The notes under the pieces were generated by a model. The model was not told where the DNA came from, searched no databases, and saw only the letters and a list, made by a program, of their open reading frames with translations. Positions 10,016 through 17,320 of a stretch of 64,000 bases of DNA are shown in pieces (the stretch's first letter is position 1; every line of letters starts with the position of its first letter). This DNA comes from Pseudorhizobium sp. Lineage in GTDB: Bacteria > Pseudomonadota > Alphaproteobacteria > Rhizobiales > Rhizobiaceae. The DNA lies in assembly GCA_046314035.1 (NCBI GenBank), contig JBKBXP010000001.1, positions 580-64,579 on the forward strand, in the 5' to 3' direction. The translations under genes and the position numbers were made by a program.

Positions 10016-10214
10016 TCATGGTCTGTTGCCATGCGAGAGAGGCCCTGGGCCAGCCGCCAGCCTTGCGCAACCCGGCTTGGGCGGGCCCGTGTTGGCCTTC
10101 GCCCTTCAGGCTCAAGGCCTGCCCGCGCCAGCCCGCCAAGCCGGGTTTCCCCTGACGGGTGCGCAATCCTGCCTGAATGCTGGCCCTGACGGGCTCTCGC
10201 TGGCGCAGCCATGA
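10016..10214 (+). promoter_or_regulatory. Long branched hairpin, candidate single-stranded-DNA promoter (Frpo/ssi-like)
   Basis: Nested inverted repeats: GGGCCAGC 10047/GCTGGCCC 10179, TTGCGCA 10063/TGCGCAA 10160, AACCCGGCTTGG 10069/CCAAGCCGGGTT 10136. Lies directly upstream of a leading-region gene. Confidence 0.55.
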
Positions 10215-10253
10215 ACGGATGCGCCGGTGTCACGTCAGTCAGGAGGATATCCC

Positions 10254-11207
10254 ATGCACACGTCATTTGTCGACCAACTCGCCGGGCTCGATCTTGCCGG
10301 TTTCTCGATCGGACCCGCTCCCGTATCGACAAGCGATTTCCCGGTCCGGGAGGCGGTCGTCCAAACTCTCGAAGCGGTCTGGTCCGATCTTTTCGCCATG
10401 GTGTCCGGGACCGCTCTGGAAGCCGACGCCGAGGATCTTGGCTGGGCTTTCGTCAACATCTTTCACCGCTCGGCCGAACGTAAATCAACTGCCGTCGACC
10501 GGGCGACCGACGAGGTCCGCGCGCTGATTTCTACGGCCGATGGATCCGAGGTCCACACCCATGAACTCGAGACGCAGGTCGAGCGGGCGCAGTGCGCCGA
10601 AAGTGCCATGCTGGCGCTCGAAGAGATGCGCGAGGTCGCAGCAGCCCTTTACATCAACGAGTTCGGTTCCTCCTGGAAGCCGGTCTCCAGTTCGCGTTTC
10701 AATCACAGCGTCATGCTCACCTCAGCGCTCGTCGAAGGGCGCGACTTCCTGCGTGCCCGTGCCGAGGCCAAGCGCCGTGCGGCGGTGCCCGAAGGAACCC
10801 CGGTCGTCTTCGCTGGCGGGCGCACCCGTCATGCGACCGAAGACGATGCGCTGACCTTCGGCAACAATGTCTGGGCAACGCTCGACAAGGTTCGTGACCG
10901 TGTGCCCGACATGGTGCTCATCCATGGCGGCGACACCAAGGGAGTCGACCGCCTGGCGTCGAGCTGGGCTGAACGTCGCGGCATCCCACAGGTCACGTTC
11001 TCGCTCGACATGCGGCTGGGCGCCCGTGCCGGCTTCAAGCGTAACGAGCGGATGCTCTCCCTCGATCCGCGATACGTCATCGCCTTTCCGGGCAATGGCG
11101 TACTCGAACGTTTGGTGATCGAGGCCAAGACTCGGCGGATCACCGTTGTCGATCGCCGCGGGCCCCTTGGCACCAATCCGAAGAGCACTTCGGCAGGGAC
11201 TGACTGA
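10254..11207 (+). CDS. DUF2493 / YspA-related SLOG-family protein
   Basis: C-terminal SLOG motifs VVFAGG, LIHGG..KGVDRLA..WA, AGFKRNERM, AFPGNG; CAGGAGG SD. Confidence 0.8.
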   Translation: MHTSFVDQLAGLDLAGFSIGPAPVSTSDFPVREAVVQTLEAVWSDLFAMVSGTALEADAEDLGWAFVNIFHRSAERKSTAVDRATDEVRALISTADGSEVHTHELETQVERAQCAESAMLALEEMREVAAALYINEFGSSWKPVSSSRFNHSVMLTSALVEGRDFLRARAEAKRRAAVPEGTPVVFAGGRTRHATEDDALTFGNNVWATLDKVRDRVPDMVLIHGGDTKGVDRLASSWAERRGIPQVTFSLDMRLGARAGFKRNERMLSLDPRYVIAFPGNGVLERLVIEAKTRRITVVDRRGPLGTNPKSTSAGTD

Positions 11208-11329
11208 GGTCATGCCGGTCCTCGCGCCAGCGCCCAATCGGCGCTGGCGTCATCCATCAGAGGAAAGGCGCGCGCCTGTCGTTTGGAGCCAGCGAATAGC
11301 CGTTGGCTTCATTCACCAGGAGGCATTCC

Positions 11330-11791
11330 ATGACAAATATCGAGGCCGTGATGGCCGATTTTTTCGTCCGGCAAACGGAGCGGCAGGTGCAAGTGGCCGA
11401 AGAAATCCAGCAGCTCAAGACAGCCATTCTTCCGCGGTTGCGAGAGGCTGGCATCGCACGCGTCGAGATCCGCTTTGACGGCTGCGGCGACAGCGGTGCT
11501 GTTGAAGAATGTGCATGCCTCGATGCAGCCGGCGCGGCGATCCCGTGCCCGGATGTCTCCCTCATTGAAGGCGAAGCAGGCAGCGTTGCTCGTGCCGGTT
11601 CCGAAGAGCTGCCTTCACTCGGCCAGGCACTCGAGCAGCTGACCTACCTGGCACTCGAACGTCACCATCCAGGCTGGGAGGTCAATGACGGTGCCTGCGG
11701 TGAACTGGCGATCGATGTGGCCGAGGCGACCTTCGTGCTCGACTGCAGTCTGCGCTTCACCGCGACCGATGATCACTCGACCGAGCTGTAG
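11330..11791 (+). CDS. Hypothetical protein (DUF6878-like)
   Basis: FDGCGDSGAVE and GWEVNDGACG motifs; CAGGAGG SD. Confidence 0.7.
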   Translation: MTNIEAVMADFFVRQTERQVQVAEEIQQLKTAILPRLREAGIARVEIRFDGCGDSGAVEECACLDAAGAAIPCPDVSLIEGEAGSVARAGSEELPSLGQALEQLTYLALERHHPGWEVNDGACGELAIDVAEATFVLDCSLRFTATDDHSTEL

Positions 11792-11801
11792 GAGACCTGG
11801 C

Positions 11802-12230
11802 ATGGCACATTGCTACTACCACGCTCTCTCGTCGGTCCGGAAATGGGGCGGCACGGTTGATGACTATCTCCCGTTGCACCAGTGGTTCGACCAGTCGAAG
11901 GCTATTCTCGCAGACCCCCGTCACCGCGCGCTGCGGCACCATGCCGAGGGGATATTCATGCTTGAAACACTCTTCGGCGAGACCCTCGTCAATGCCGATG
12001 GCCGGGTCGTTCCGGTACGTCTGGTCGGCGAACAGCACGTACGTGAAGACCTGGGCTCGATCCCCTCCTTTGCTGATTGGGCGCGCTTGATCACGCCGCA
12101 GGCCTGGATGCTTCGAGGCAACCCTCTGGACGGCGCTGAAGGGGTGACGATCGACATGCCTCTCCCTGGCGAAGCAGGTGCGTCCAAGAATGTGCCACCT
12201 GTTGGAGGAGCGGTCAGTACGATGATCTAA
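11802..12230 (+). CDS. His-rich hypothetical protein (DUF6915-like)
   Basis: HALSS..KWGG, LHQWFDQSK, HRALRHHAEG and GEQHVREDLG; AGGAG SD 10 nt after the previous stop. Confidence 0.75.
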   Translation: MAHCYYHALSSVRKWGGTVDDYLPLHQWFDQSKAILADPRHRALRHHAEGIFMLETLFGETLVNADGRVVPVRLVGEQHVREDLGSIPSFADWARLITPQAWMLRGNPLDGAEGVTIDMPLPGEAGASKNVPPVGGAVSTMI

Positions 12231-12393
12231 GAAGTGGTTCTCCGGTGGAAGGTCAGCAGGGATGATCCGGCCAAGACCGGAGGGAAACGAGGCAGGGCAA
12301 ACCTGTTCAAGGCATCCAGCTCCACCCGGCTTCGATGCAAACCTGTCCCTGAATCACCCCCCGTCGAGACGCGCAACCCGGATCAGGTCCGGC

Positions 12394-12517
12394 CGAGTTG
12401 CCGGGCTGTGCCCGGCTGCCCGCACCACCCGAACCAGTTCCGGGTTCCCCTTCGGTGCGCTTCGCCATGGGGCGCTTCTGCTCGGGTTTTGCAGCCGGGA
12501 TGGACCCGGAATGCTCG
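12394..12517 (+). promoter_or_regulatory. Hairpin upstream of ssb, candidate ssDNA promoter
   Basis: CCCGGCTGC 12411/GCAGCCGGG 12491, ACCCGA 12427/TCGGGT 12482 and CGCACC 12421/GGTGCG 12454. Confidence 0.5.
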
Positions 12518-12532
12518 ATCAGGAGAAAGCCC

Positions 12533-12922
12533 ATGACCAATCTCGTTATCCTCGTTGGCCGCATCGCTCGCGACCCCGAGACCCGCACCACCCAGGGTGG
12601 AACCAGCATCACCTCGATCTCGGTCGTGACCGACCGTCCCGCCCGCAAGGATGGCAAGACCTACAAGGACGAAAACGGCTACACCGCCAAGGACAGCGAA
12701 TTCCACCGGATCACTTGCTTCAACGGCCTGGGCCAGAACGTCGCCAAGTATTGCACCAAGGGTCAGCTCGTGACGGTCGAAGGGCGCATCCACTACACCC
12801 AGTGGGAAGATCAGAGCGGCGCCAAGCGCTACGGCTGCGAGATCATCGCCGACAAGGTCGACTTCCTCACCAAGGGCCGCTCCGGCAGCAACGAAGGTGC
12901 TCCCGATATCGACGAGGACTGA
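12533..12922 (+). CDS. ssb: Single-stranded DNA-binding protein
   Basis: NLVILVGRIARDPE, KGQLVTVEGRI, acidic tail; ATG 12533 after CAGGAG. Confidence 0.95.
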   Translation: MTNLVILVGRIARDPETRTTQGGTSITSISVVTDRPARKDGKTYKDENGYTAKDSEFHRITCFNGLGQNVAKYCTKGQLVTVEGRIHYTQWEDQSGAKRYGCEIIADKVDFLTKGRSGSNEGAPDIDED

Positions 12923-12940
12923 ATGTCCTCACCCTGCGAC

Positions 12941-12979
12941 AAGGCCCCGGTGGCAGACGCCATCGGGGCCTTTTCTTTT
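12941..12979 (+). terminator. Intrinsic terminator after ssb
   Basis: GGCCCCGGTGGC-AGAC-GCCATCGGGGCC followed by TTTTCTTTT. Confidence 0.8.
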
Positions 12980-13036
12980 GCACGCCGGCGATGCGGCGGC
13001 GCGGGGGATCGAACCCCTTGCCGCCGCCGGGTTGAG

Positions 13037-13267
13037 CTACGCGGGAGCTATCCGCTTCAGCGTTTCCTCGATCCCGAGTGTCAATGCTCCTCGGACGATT
13101 TGACGCAGCTGCGCTGGTTCGATCGTCTCGGCGCCGCACTCGATCAGCATCCTGCCGAGTTCGATTGCTGCCTCCTCGCGGAGACGCGCCTCCTCGTTTT
13201 CGAGTTGGGCACGCTGTTCACGCAGCTTCCTCAGCGCATCGCGTGCAGTAGGTTTGGACCTGGCCAT
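13037..13267 (-). CDS. Small coiled-coil protein (DUF6437 / rhizobial TraC-like)
   Basis: 76 aa MARSKPTARDALRKLREQRAQLENEEARLREEAAIELGR; AAGGAAG SD. Confidence 0.65.
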   Translation of the reverse strand: MARSKPTARDALRKLREQRAQLENEEARLREEAAIELGRMLIECGAETIEPAQLRQIVRGALTLGIEETLKRIAPA

Positions 13268-13409
13268 AGTGCTTCCTTCTTGCTGGCCGTTGGTCCCCTC
13301 CGCTCTCGATCTTGGCACTGCGAGGTCATGTAGGAAAATGGTTTGTGGGGCAGACGTTGCACTTCTTCGCTGACGTTGGAGAGGTCTCTCTCGCAGAAAG
13401 ACCAAGTCT

Positions 13410-13544
13410 GATGCGGGCTTTGGGGCTGCGTCAAGGACGACGGGGCCCCACCATTTTTACCGGGCAAGCCCGGCAAAAATCGTTGCCCCCATCGCCGCTT
13501 CGCGGCCGCTATCGCGGTCCCTGACCCAGCCCGTCACCCACATC
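13410..13544 (+). promoter_or_regulatory. Long hairpin, candidate ssDNA promoter closest to oriT
   Basis: ATTTTTACCGGGC-AA-GCCCGGCAAAAAT (13453-13480) inside GGGCTGCGTCAAGGAC 13423/GTCCCTGACCCAGCCC 13517 and GATGCGGG/CCCACATC. Confidence 0.55.
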
Positions 13545-13590
13545 CTTCGCAGCTCCTGATGCAACGCATCGAACATCAGGAGGAAAGAAC

Positions 13591-13827
13591 ATGTACGCTT
13601 CACTGAACATTGCCGCTGCAGGTTGCCAAGCAGATCAGGCAGCCTTCGTTGCAGCTCTCGATCAGGCCCATGCCCGGTCCTATCACAGCTACTACACGCA
13701 GTACGTCCTGACCGATAACGAGGCAGGATACATCGCGGTCGACGAAGGAGATTACGGCGCCTTGCCCAAGGCCATGCTGGACCGTGTCATCGACACTGTG
13801 CCGGGCCGTCTCAGCGATGAATTCTGA
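13591..13827 (+). CDS. Small acidic hypothetical protein, first sense-oriented leading gene
   Basis: 78 aa ORF with CAGGAGG SD, followed by a terminator. Confidence 0.7.
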   Translation: MYASLNIAAAGCQADQAAFVAALDQAHARSYHSYYTQYVLTDNEAGYIAVDEGDYGALPKAMLDRVIDTVPGRLSDEF

Positions 13828-13838
13828 CCCGCCGGTTT

Positions 13839-13874
13839 GGGAGGAAGTCCGTCAGGGCTTCCTCCTTTCTTTTT
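13839..13874 (+). terminator. Intrinsic terminator
   Basis: GGAGGAAGTCC-GTCA-GGGCTTCCTCC followed by TTTCTTTTT. Confidence 0.75.
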
Positions 13875-13929
13875 GCTCGTAGACCGTTTCGGCATCCCTC
13901 AGCCGGTACGGGAAGGCGGGTCGCCAGCG

Positions 13930-14124
13930 TCAGTCGGGGGTATCGGTACGGTCGAGATCGGCGAGCCGCTCCGGCATGCCCAGGACCTTCAACGCCGCGG
14001 CCTCGATTGCCTCTGCCTGCGTCGGGAAAGCCTCGGAAGAACTGATCGACACACCGTTCGGGTAGGTGACTGTCGCCTGGAAACCGTTGCCCTTCGGTGT
14101 CGCACTCAACGTGACCTGGCCCAT
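13930..14124 (-). CDS. Small hypothetical protein (possible dsRBD-like beta-beta-beta-alpha fold)
   Basis: ATG 14124 after AAGGAAG; GFQATVTYPNG...TQAEAIEAAALKVL. Confidence 0.5.
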   Translation of the reverse strand: MGQVTLSATPKGNGFQATVTYPNGVSISSSEAFPTQAEAIEAAALKVLGMPERLADLDRTDTPD

Positions 14125-14299
14125 GCCGCGCTTCCTTGCTGCCATCATTAGTGCCTGCAGCATAGGCATCGATACCGTCTGTGCCTATCAGGATCCGAGG
14201 GGCGGCAACCTGTTAAGCGCCGTCGATTCTCGGGGTCACAAACCGCATCATCCGTTACAGGCTCAATAGCTGGTTCCTGTCCTCGCAGCTGGGGACTTA

Positions 14300-14330
14300 G
14301 GAGCACACCCTACGCGACGGGTCGCAGCAA
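14300..14330 (-). other. oriT nic region for the MOBF relaxase
   Basis: Minus strand reads GCGAC-CC-GTCGC-GTAGGGTGT^GCTC: a short inverted repeat followed by a sequence resembling the F nic (TGCGTGGGGTGT^GG). It lies just upstream of RHH-TraD-TrwC. Confidence 0.7.
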
Positions 14331-14478
14331 ATGTACGAAGGAAAAGCGTTAAATCACAAAGGCATAGATCAAATTTTGCAAAATGGCAGCTTCTCCGTCA
14401 AAAGTGACGGGGGCGAGGGCAGTTACGTGGATTTGACCAAGGCCAGGCCGGAAGTGGCGGAATTCCGCAGCCCTCTAT

Positions 14479-14511
14479 GTTCTTGACATGTTCTTGAATC
14501 TGACTTAGCTT
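14479..14511 (+). promoter_or_regulatory. LexA box overlapping the -35 of the relaxosome operon promoter
   Basis: GTTC-TTGACAT-GTTC (14479-14493) contains TTGACA (14483-14488); 17 bp spacer; TAGCTT -10 (14506-14511). Confidence 0.75.
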
Positions 14512-14564
14512 CGATCTCGCCTTTCGCAGTGTGAACCGGGCTCCTGACCACAAGGAGTCCGTGC

Positions 14565-14897
14565 ATGACACGGCCAATCTGTCTCCAGGTTTACATCTCA
14601 AGCGAGCTCAGCTCGCTGATCCGCAAAGCTGCCAAGGCCAAGGGGATCAGCATGAGCGAGTGGGTTCGCGCCTTGCTCGCCAATGCCTGCACCGAGGACG
14701 AGCTTGCCTCGCGGCTCGACGCTTCCATCGAACGCATTTCCCGCCGCTCTGTGTTCCTCATGGTCGGTGTGGATGCGCTGCTGGCAGGGCACCCCGATCA
14801 CGCTTTGCGCGGTCGAGCGCACCAGGCTTACATGCGCAAATGCAAGGAGCTCGGCCTTTCCGCCGCTAGCGGCGAGGGAGGTTCCGATGAAGCGTAA
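14565..14897 (+). CDS. Ribbon-helix-helix relaxosome accessory protein (TrwA/CopG-like)
   Basis: LQVYISSELSSLIRKAAKAKGISMSEWVRALL RHH pattern; lies between oriT and the coupling protein. Confidence 0.75.
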   Translation: MTRPICLQVYISSELSSLIRKAAKAKGISMSEWVRALLANACTEDELASRLDASIERISRRSVFLMVGVDALLAGHPDHALRGRAHQAYMRKCKELGLSAASGEGGSDEA

Positions 14898-17283
14898 CCT
14901 CGTCAATTTCACGCGCGGCAGCCAGCTGCTCGGACACTTCAGCTTCATGTTCGCGGCGGGTCTCAAGGGCCCACTGATCGTTGCCGCTCTCGTGATCTCA
15001 TGGACCTCCTGGTGGACCATTTCGGCAGGGCTCACCGATCACGAAGTCTATCTGGTCTGGATACGGATCTATGCCGCCATCTACGGCTTCATGGAGTTCG
15101 ATCCCGCAAAGCGTATCACTCTGGAAACCGCCTTTGGCGCGACCATCCAGTTTCCGATTGCCCAGCTCGATCGCTACCCGCCGGTTGCCCATGCGTGGGA
15201 GAAGCTGACGGATTTGCTGACCAGTGCCTTGTGGCGTTCCGGGTTCCTGTTGGTCCCCGCCTTTGCCGTCTTCTACTGGTTCGCCGAGCGGTTCGGAGGC
15301 CGGTCAAAGGAGCGCAAACACGAGCGCGGCGCGATGCTGGTCACGCTTCCCGAGCTCGTCGACGAACTGACCACCCACAACCGGCGCGAGCGCACCCGTG
15401 AGCTCGATTCCGCGCTGGGCTGGAAATGGCGGCTCAGCCTGCGGCGGGAAATTGTCCGGGTCTTTCCTTATAGGCCATCGCATATCGCCACGGTCGCTTA
15501 TCCCTGGCGGCTCGAGCAGAGCCACGCGATGCTCATTGGCACGACCGGTATGGGCAAGACCGTGGCGATCTCCGACATGATCGCGGAAGCAAGAGCCAAG
15601 GGTCAGCGCTGCGTTGTCTTCGATCTGACTGGCGCCTTTATCGAGCACTTCCATGCCGCCCATTGCGACATCATTCTGAACCCGCTCGATGCGCGCTGCC
15701 CCCAGTGGAACCTGTTCGATGAATGCCGTTCCGAAGGCGAGTTCTGGGCCGCCGCGGACGCCCTCGTGCCTCACGACGGAGGCGGTGAAGCCCAGTTCTG
15801 GGTGATTGCTGCCCGCGCGCTGTTCGTCGAATTCTGCCTCAAACTCGTGGCCGAGGGCAGGGCGACCAACGAAGCCTTGGCGCGCGAGCTGATGACCGCG
15901 GACCTCTCGCGCGTTCATGCCATGATGCGCGGAACGATCGCCGATCCGCTGACCGCGCCGGAAGCTGCACGCATGGCGGAATCGATCCGGGCCGTCTTCA
16001 ACGTGAACGCCAAGGCGCTCAAGCTGCTGCCCACTGCCGGACCTCGTTTTTCGGTTCGCCAATGGATCGAAGACGGGGCCGATAGCGCTCGAAGCGAAGG
16101 CTCGATCCTGTTCATTTCTGCCCGCTATGTCGACATGAGCGTCTGCGCGCAGTTGCTCACGCTCTGGCTCGACACGGCAATGAATACGCTGATGACGATG
16201 CCCCGTACTCGCGATCTCAAGTGCTGGTTCTTCGTCGATGAGCTGGGGGCGTTGCACCGCCTGCCGGCCCTCGAGAAAGGCTTGCAGACGGCGCGCAATT
16301 TCGGCGGCGCGATTGTTCTTGGTCTTCACGCTTATGCCAAGCTCAAGGAGGTCTACGGCGAGAACATGGCGATGACGCTGGCATCGCTCGCCCGGACCAA
16401 ACTGATCCTCGGAACCGCCGACCGCGAAACGGCCACCTGGTGCTCCGACTTCATCGGCCATCGCCAGGTCAGGGACATGGAGGAGGGCTACACTTACGGC
16501 TACAACAATGCCCGTGATGCGGTCAGCCTCACCCCGCGCAAGCATATCGAGCCGCTCCTGCTGCCCGACCAGCTGATGAACCTGCCGCGCCTGTCGGGGT
16601 ACATCAAGTTCCCCGACGGCTTTCCCGCCGCACCGGTCAAACTCAAGCCCGTTGACCGACCCAAGCGAGCGGAGACGTTCATCGCCAGGGTCAAGGAAAG
16701 CCCGAAGGCGAGGGGCACCGTGCCCCATTCGTCGACAGAGCAGGAAGAGCAGCCGGCAGTGGCGACAGGCAACGAGCATCCCTCGTCCAACGATGACGGA
16801 GCGGGCAAACCGGTCGTCCCAAAGCAGGGAGAGCTGGCCCTGGATCAGGGTGCGCGAGCCGCGCCGAAACAGGAGCCTGACGTGCCATCCAAGGACCTTG
16901 AACGGGCAGTTGAACGCACACCCGGCAAGACGTCAAAGGAGCAGAAACCGGCAGCTCACTCCGGGCAAGAGAAGGCTGGCAAGGCCAAGAAGGAGCGATC
17001 ACACACCAGAACCGATGCCCCGCCGCGAAAGACTGGACCTTCCGCCCGCCCACTTCTCCCGACGGGCGAAGCCGCAGCGATTCCGGATCAGCCAGCTTCT
17101 GCCAAGGGTGGAGCCCGGCCCGGCGCGCCCGACACTAAGGCGCTGCAAGAGGACAAGCCGGACACCCCGAAGAGCCGAGGCTCCAGCGATGCCGCCGCGC
17201 GCAAGCTGATGCTCGAGGATGGTCTGCGGGAGCATGAGCCTCCGCCGATCACTGGTCCGGATCTTGGCGACATGGAGATGTGA
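14887..17283 (+). CDS. traD: Type IV coupling protein TraD/TrwB
   Basis: Two N-terminal TM segments, Walker A GTTGMGKT, Walker B FVDELGAL, long low-complexity tail; ATG 14887 after GGGAGG. Confidence 0.92.
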   Translation: MKRNLVNFTRGSQLLGHFSFMFAAGLKGPLIVAALVISWTSWWTISAGLTDHEVYLVWIRIYAAIYGFMEFDPAKRITLETAFGATIQFPIAQLDRYPPVAHAWEKLTDLLTSALWRSGFLLVPAFAVFYWFAERFGGRSKERKHERGAMLVTLPELVDELTTHNRRERTRELDSALGWKWRLSLRREIVRVFPYRPSHIATVAYPWRLEQSHAMLIGTTGMGKTVAISDMIAEARAKGQRCVVFDLTGAFIEHFHAAHCDIILNPLDARCPQWNLFDECRSEGEFWAAADALVPHDGGGEAQFWVIAARALFVEFCLKLVAEGRATNEALARELMTADLSRVHAMMRGTIADPLTAPEAARMAESIRAVFNVNAKALKLLPTAGPRFSVRQWIEDGADSARSEGSILFISARYVDMSVCAQLLTLWLDTAMNTLMTMPRTRDLKCWFFVDELGALHRLPALEKGLQTARNFGGAIVLGLHAYAKLKEVYGENMAMTLASLARTKLILGTADRETATWCSDFIGHRQVRDMEEGYTYGYNNARDAVSLTPRKHIEPLLLPDQLMNLPRLSGYIKFPDGFPAAPVKLKPVDRPKRAETFIARVKESPKARGTVPHSSTEQEEQPAVATGNEHPSSNDDGAGKPVVPKQGELALDQGARAAPKQEPDVPSKDLERAVERTPGKTSKEQKPAAHSGQEKAGKAKKERSHTRTDAPPRKTGPSARPLLPTGEAAAIPDQPASAKGGARPGAPDTKALQEDKPDTPKSRGSSDAAARKLMLEDGLREHEPPPITGPDLGDMEM

Positions 17284-17320
17284 GCATGTCGCTGAGTTCC
17301 TCGGTATCGGGGACCGACCC

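Noticed and set aside
14683-14886. Extended N-termini in the ORF track (traD, trwC, sspC, trbC, traF, arsH, antitoxin, ssb and others)
   Set aside because: They overlap upstream genes or lack an SD; downstream starts with an SD or stop/start coupling fit the families better.
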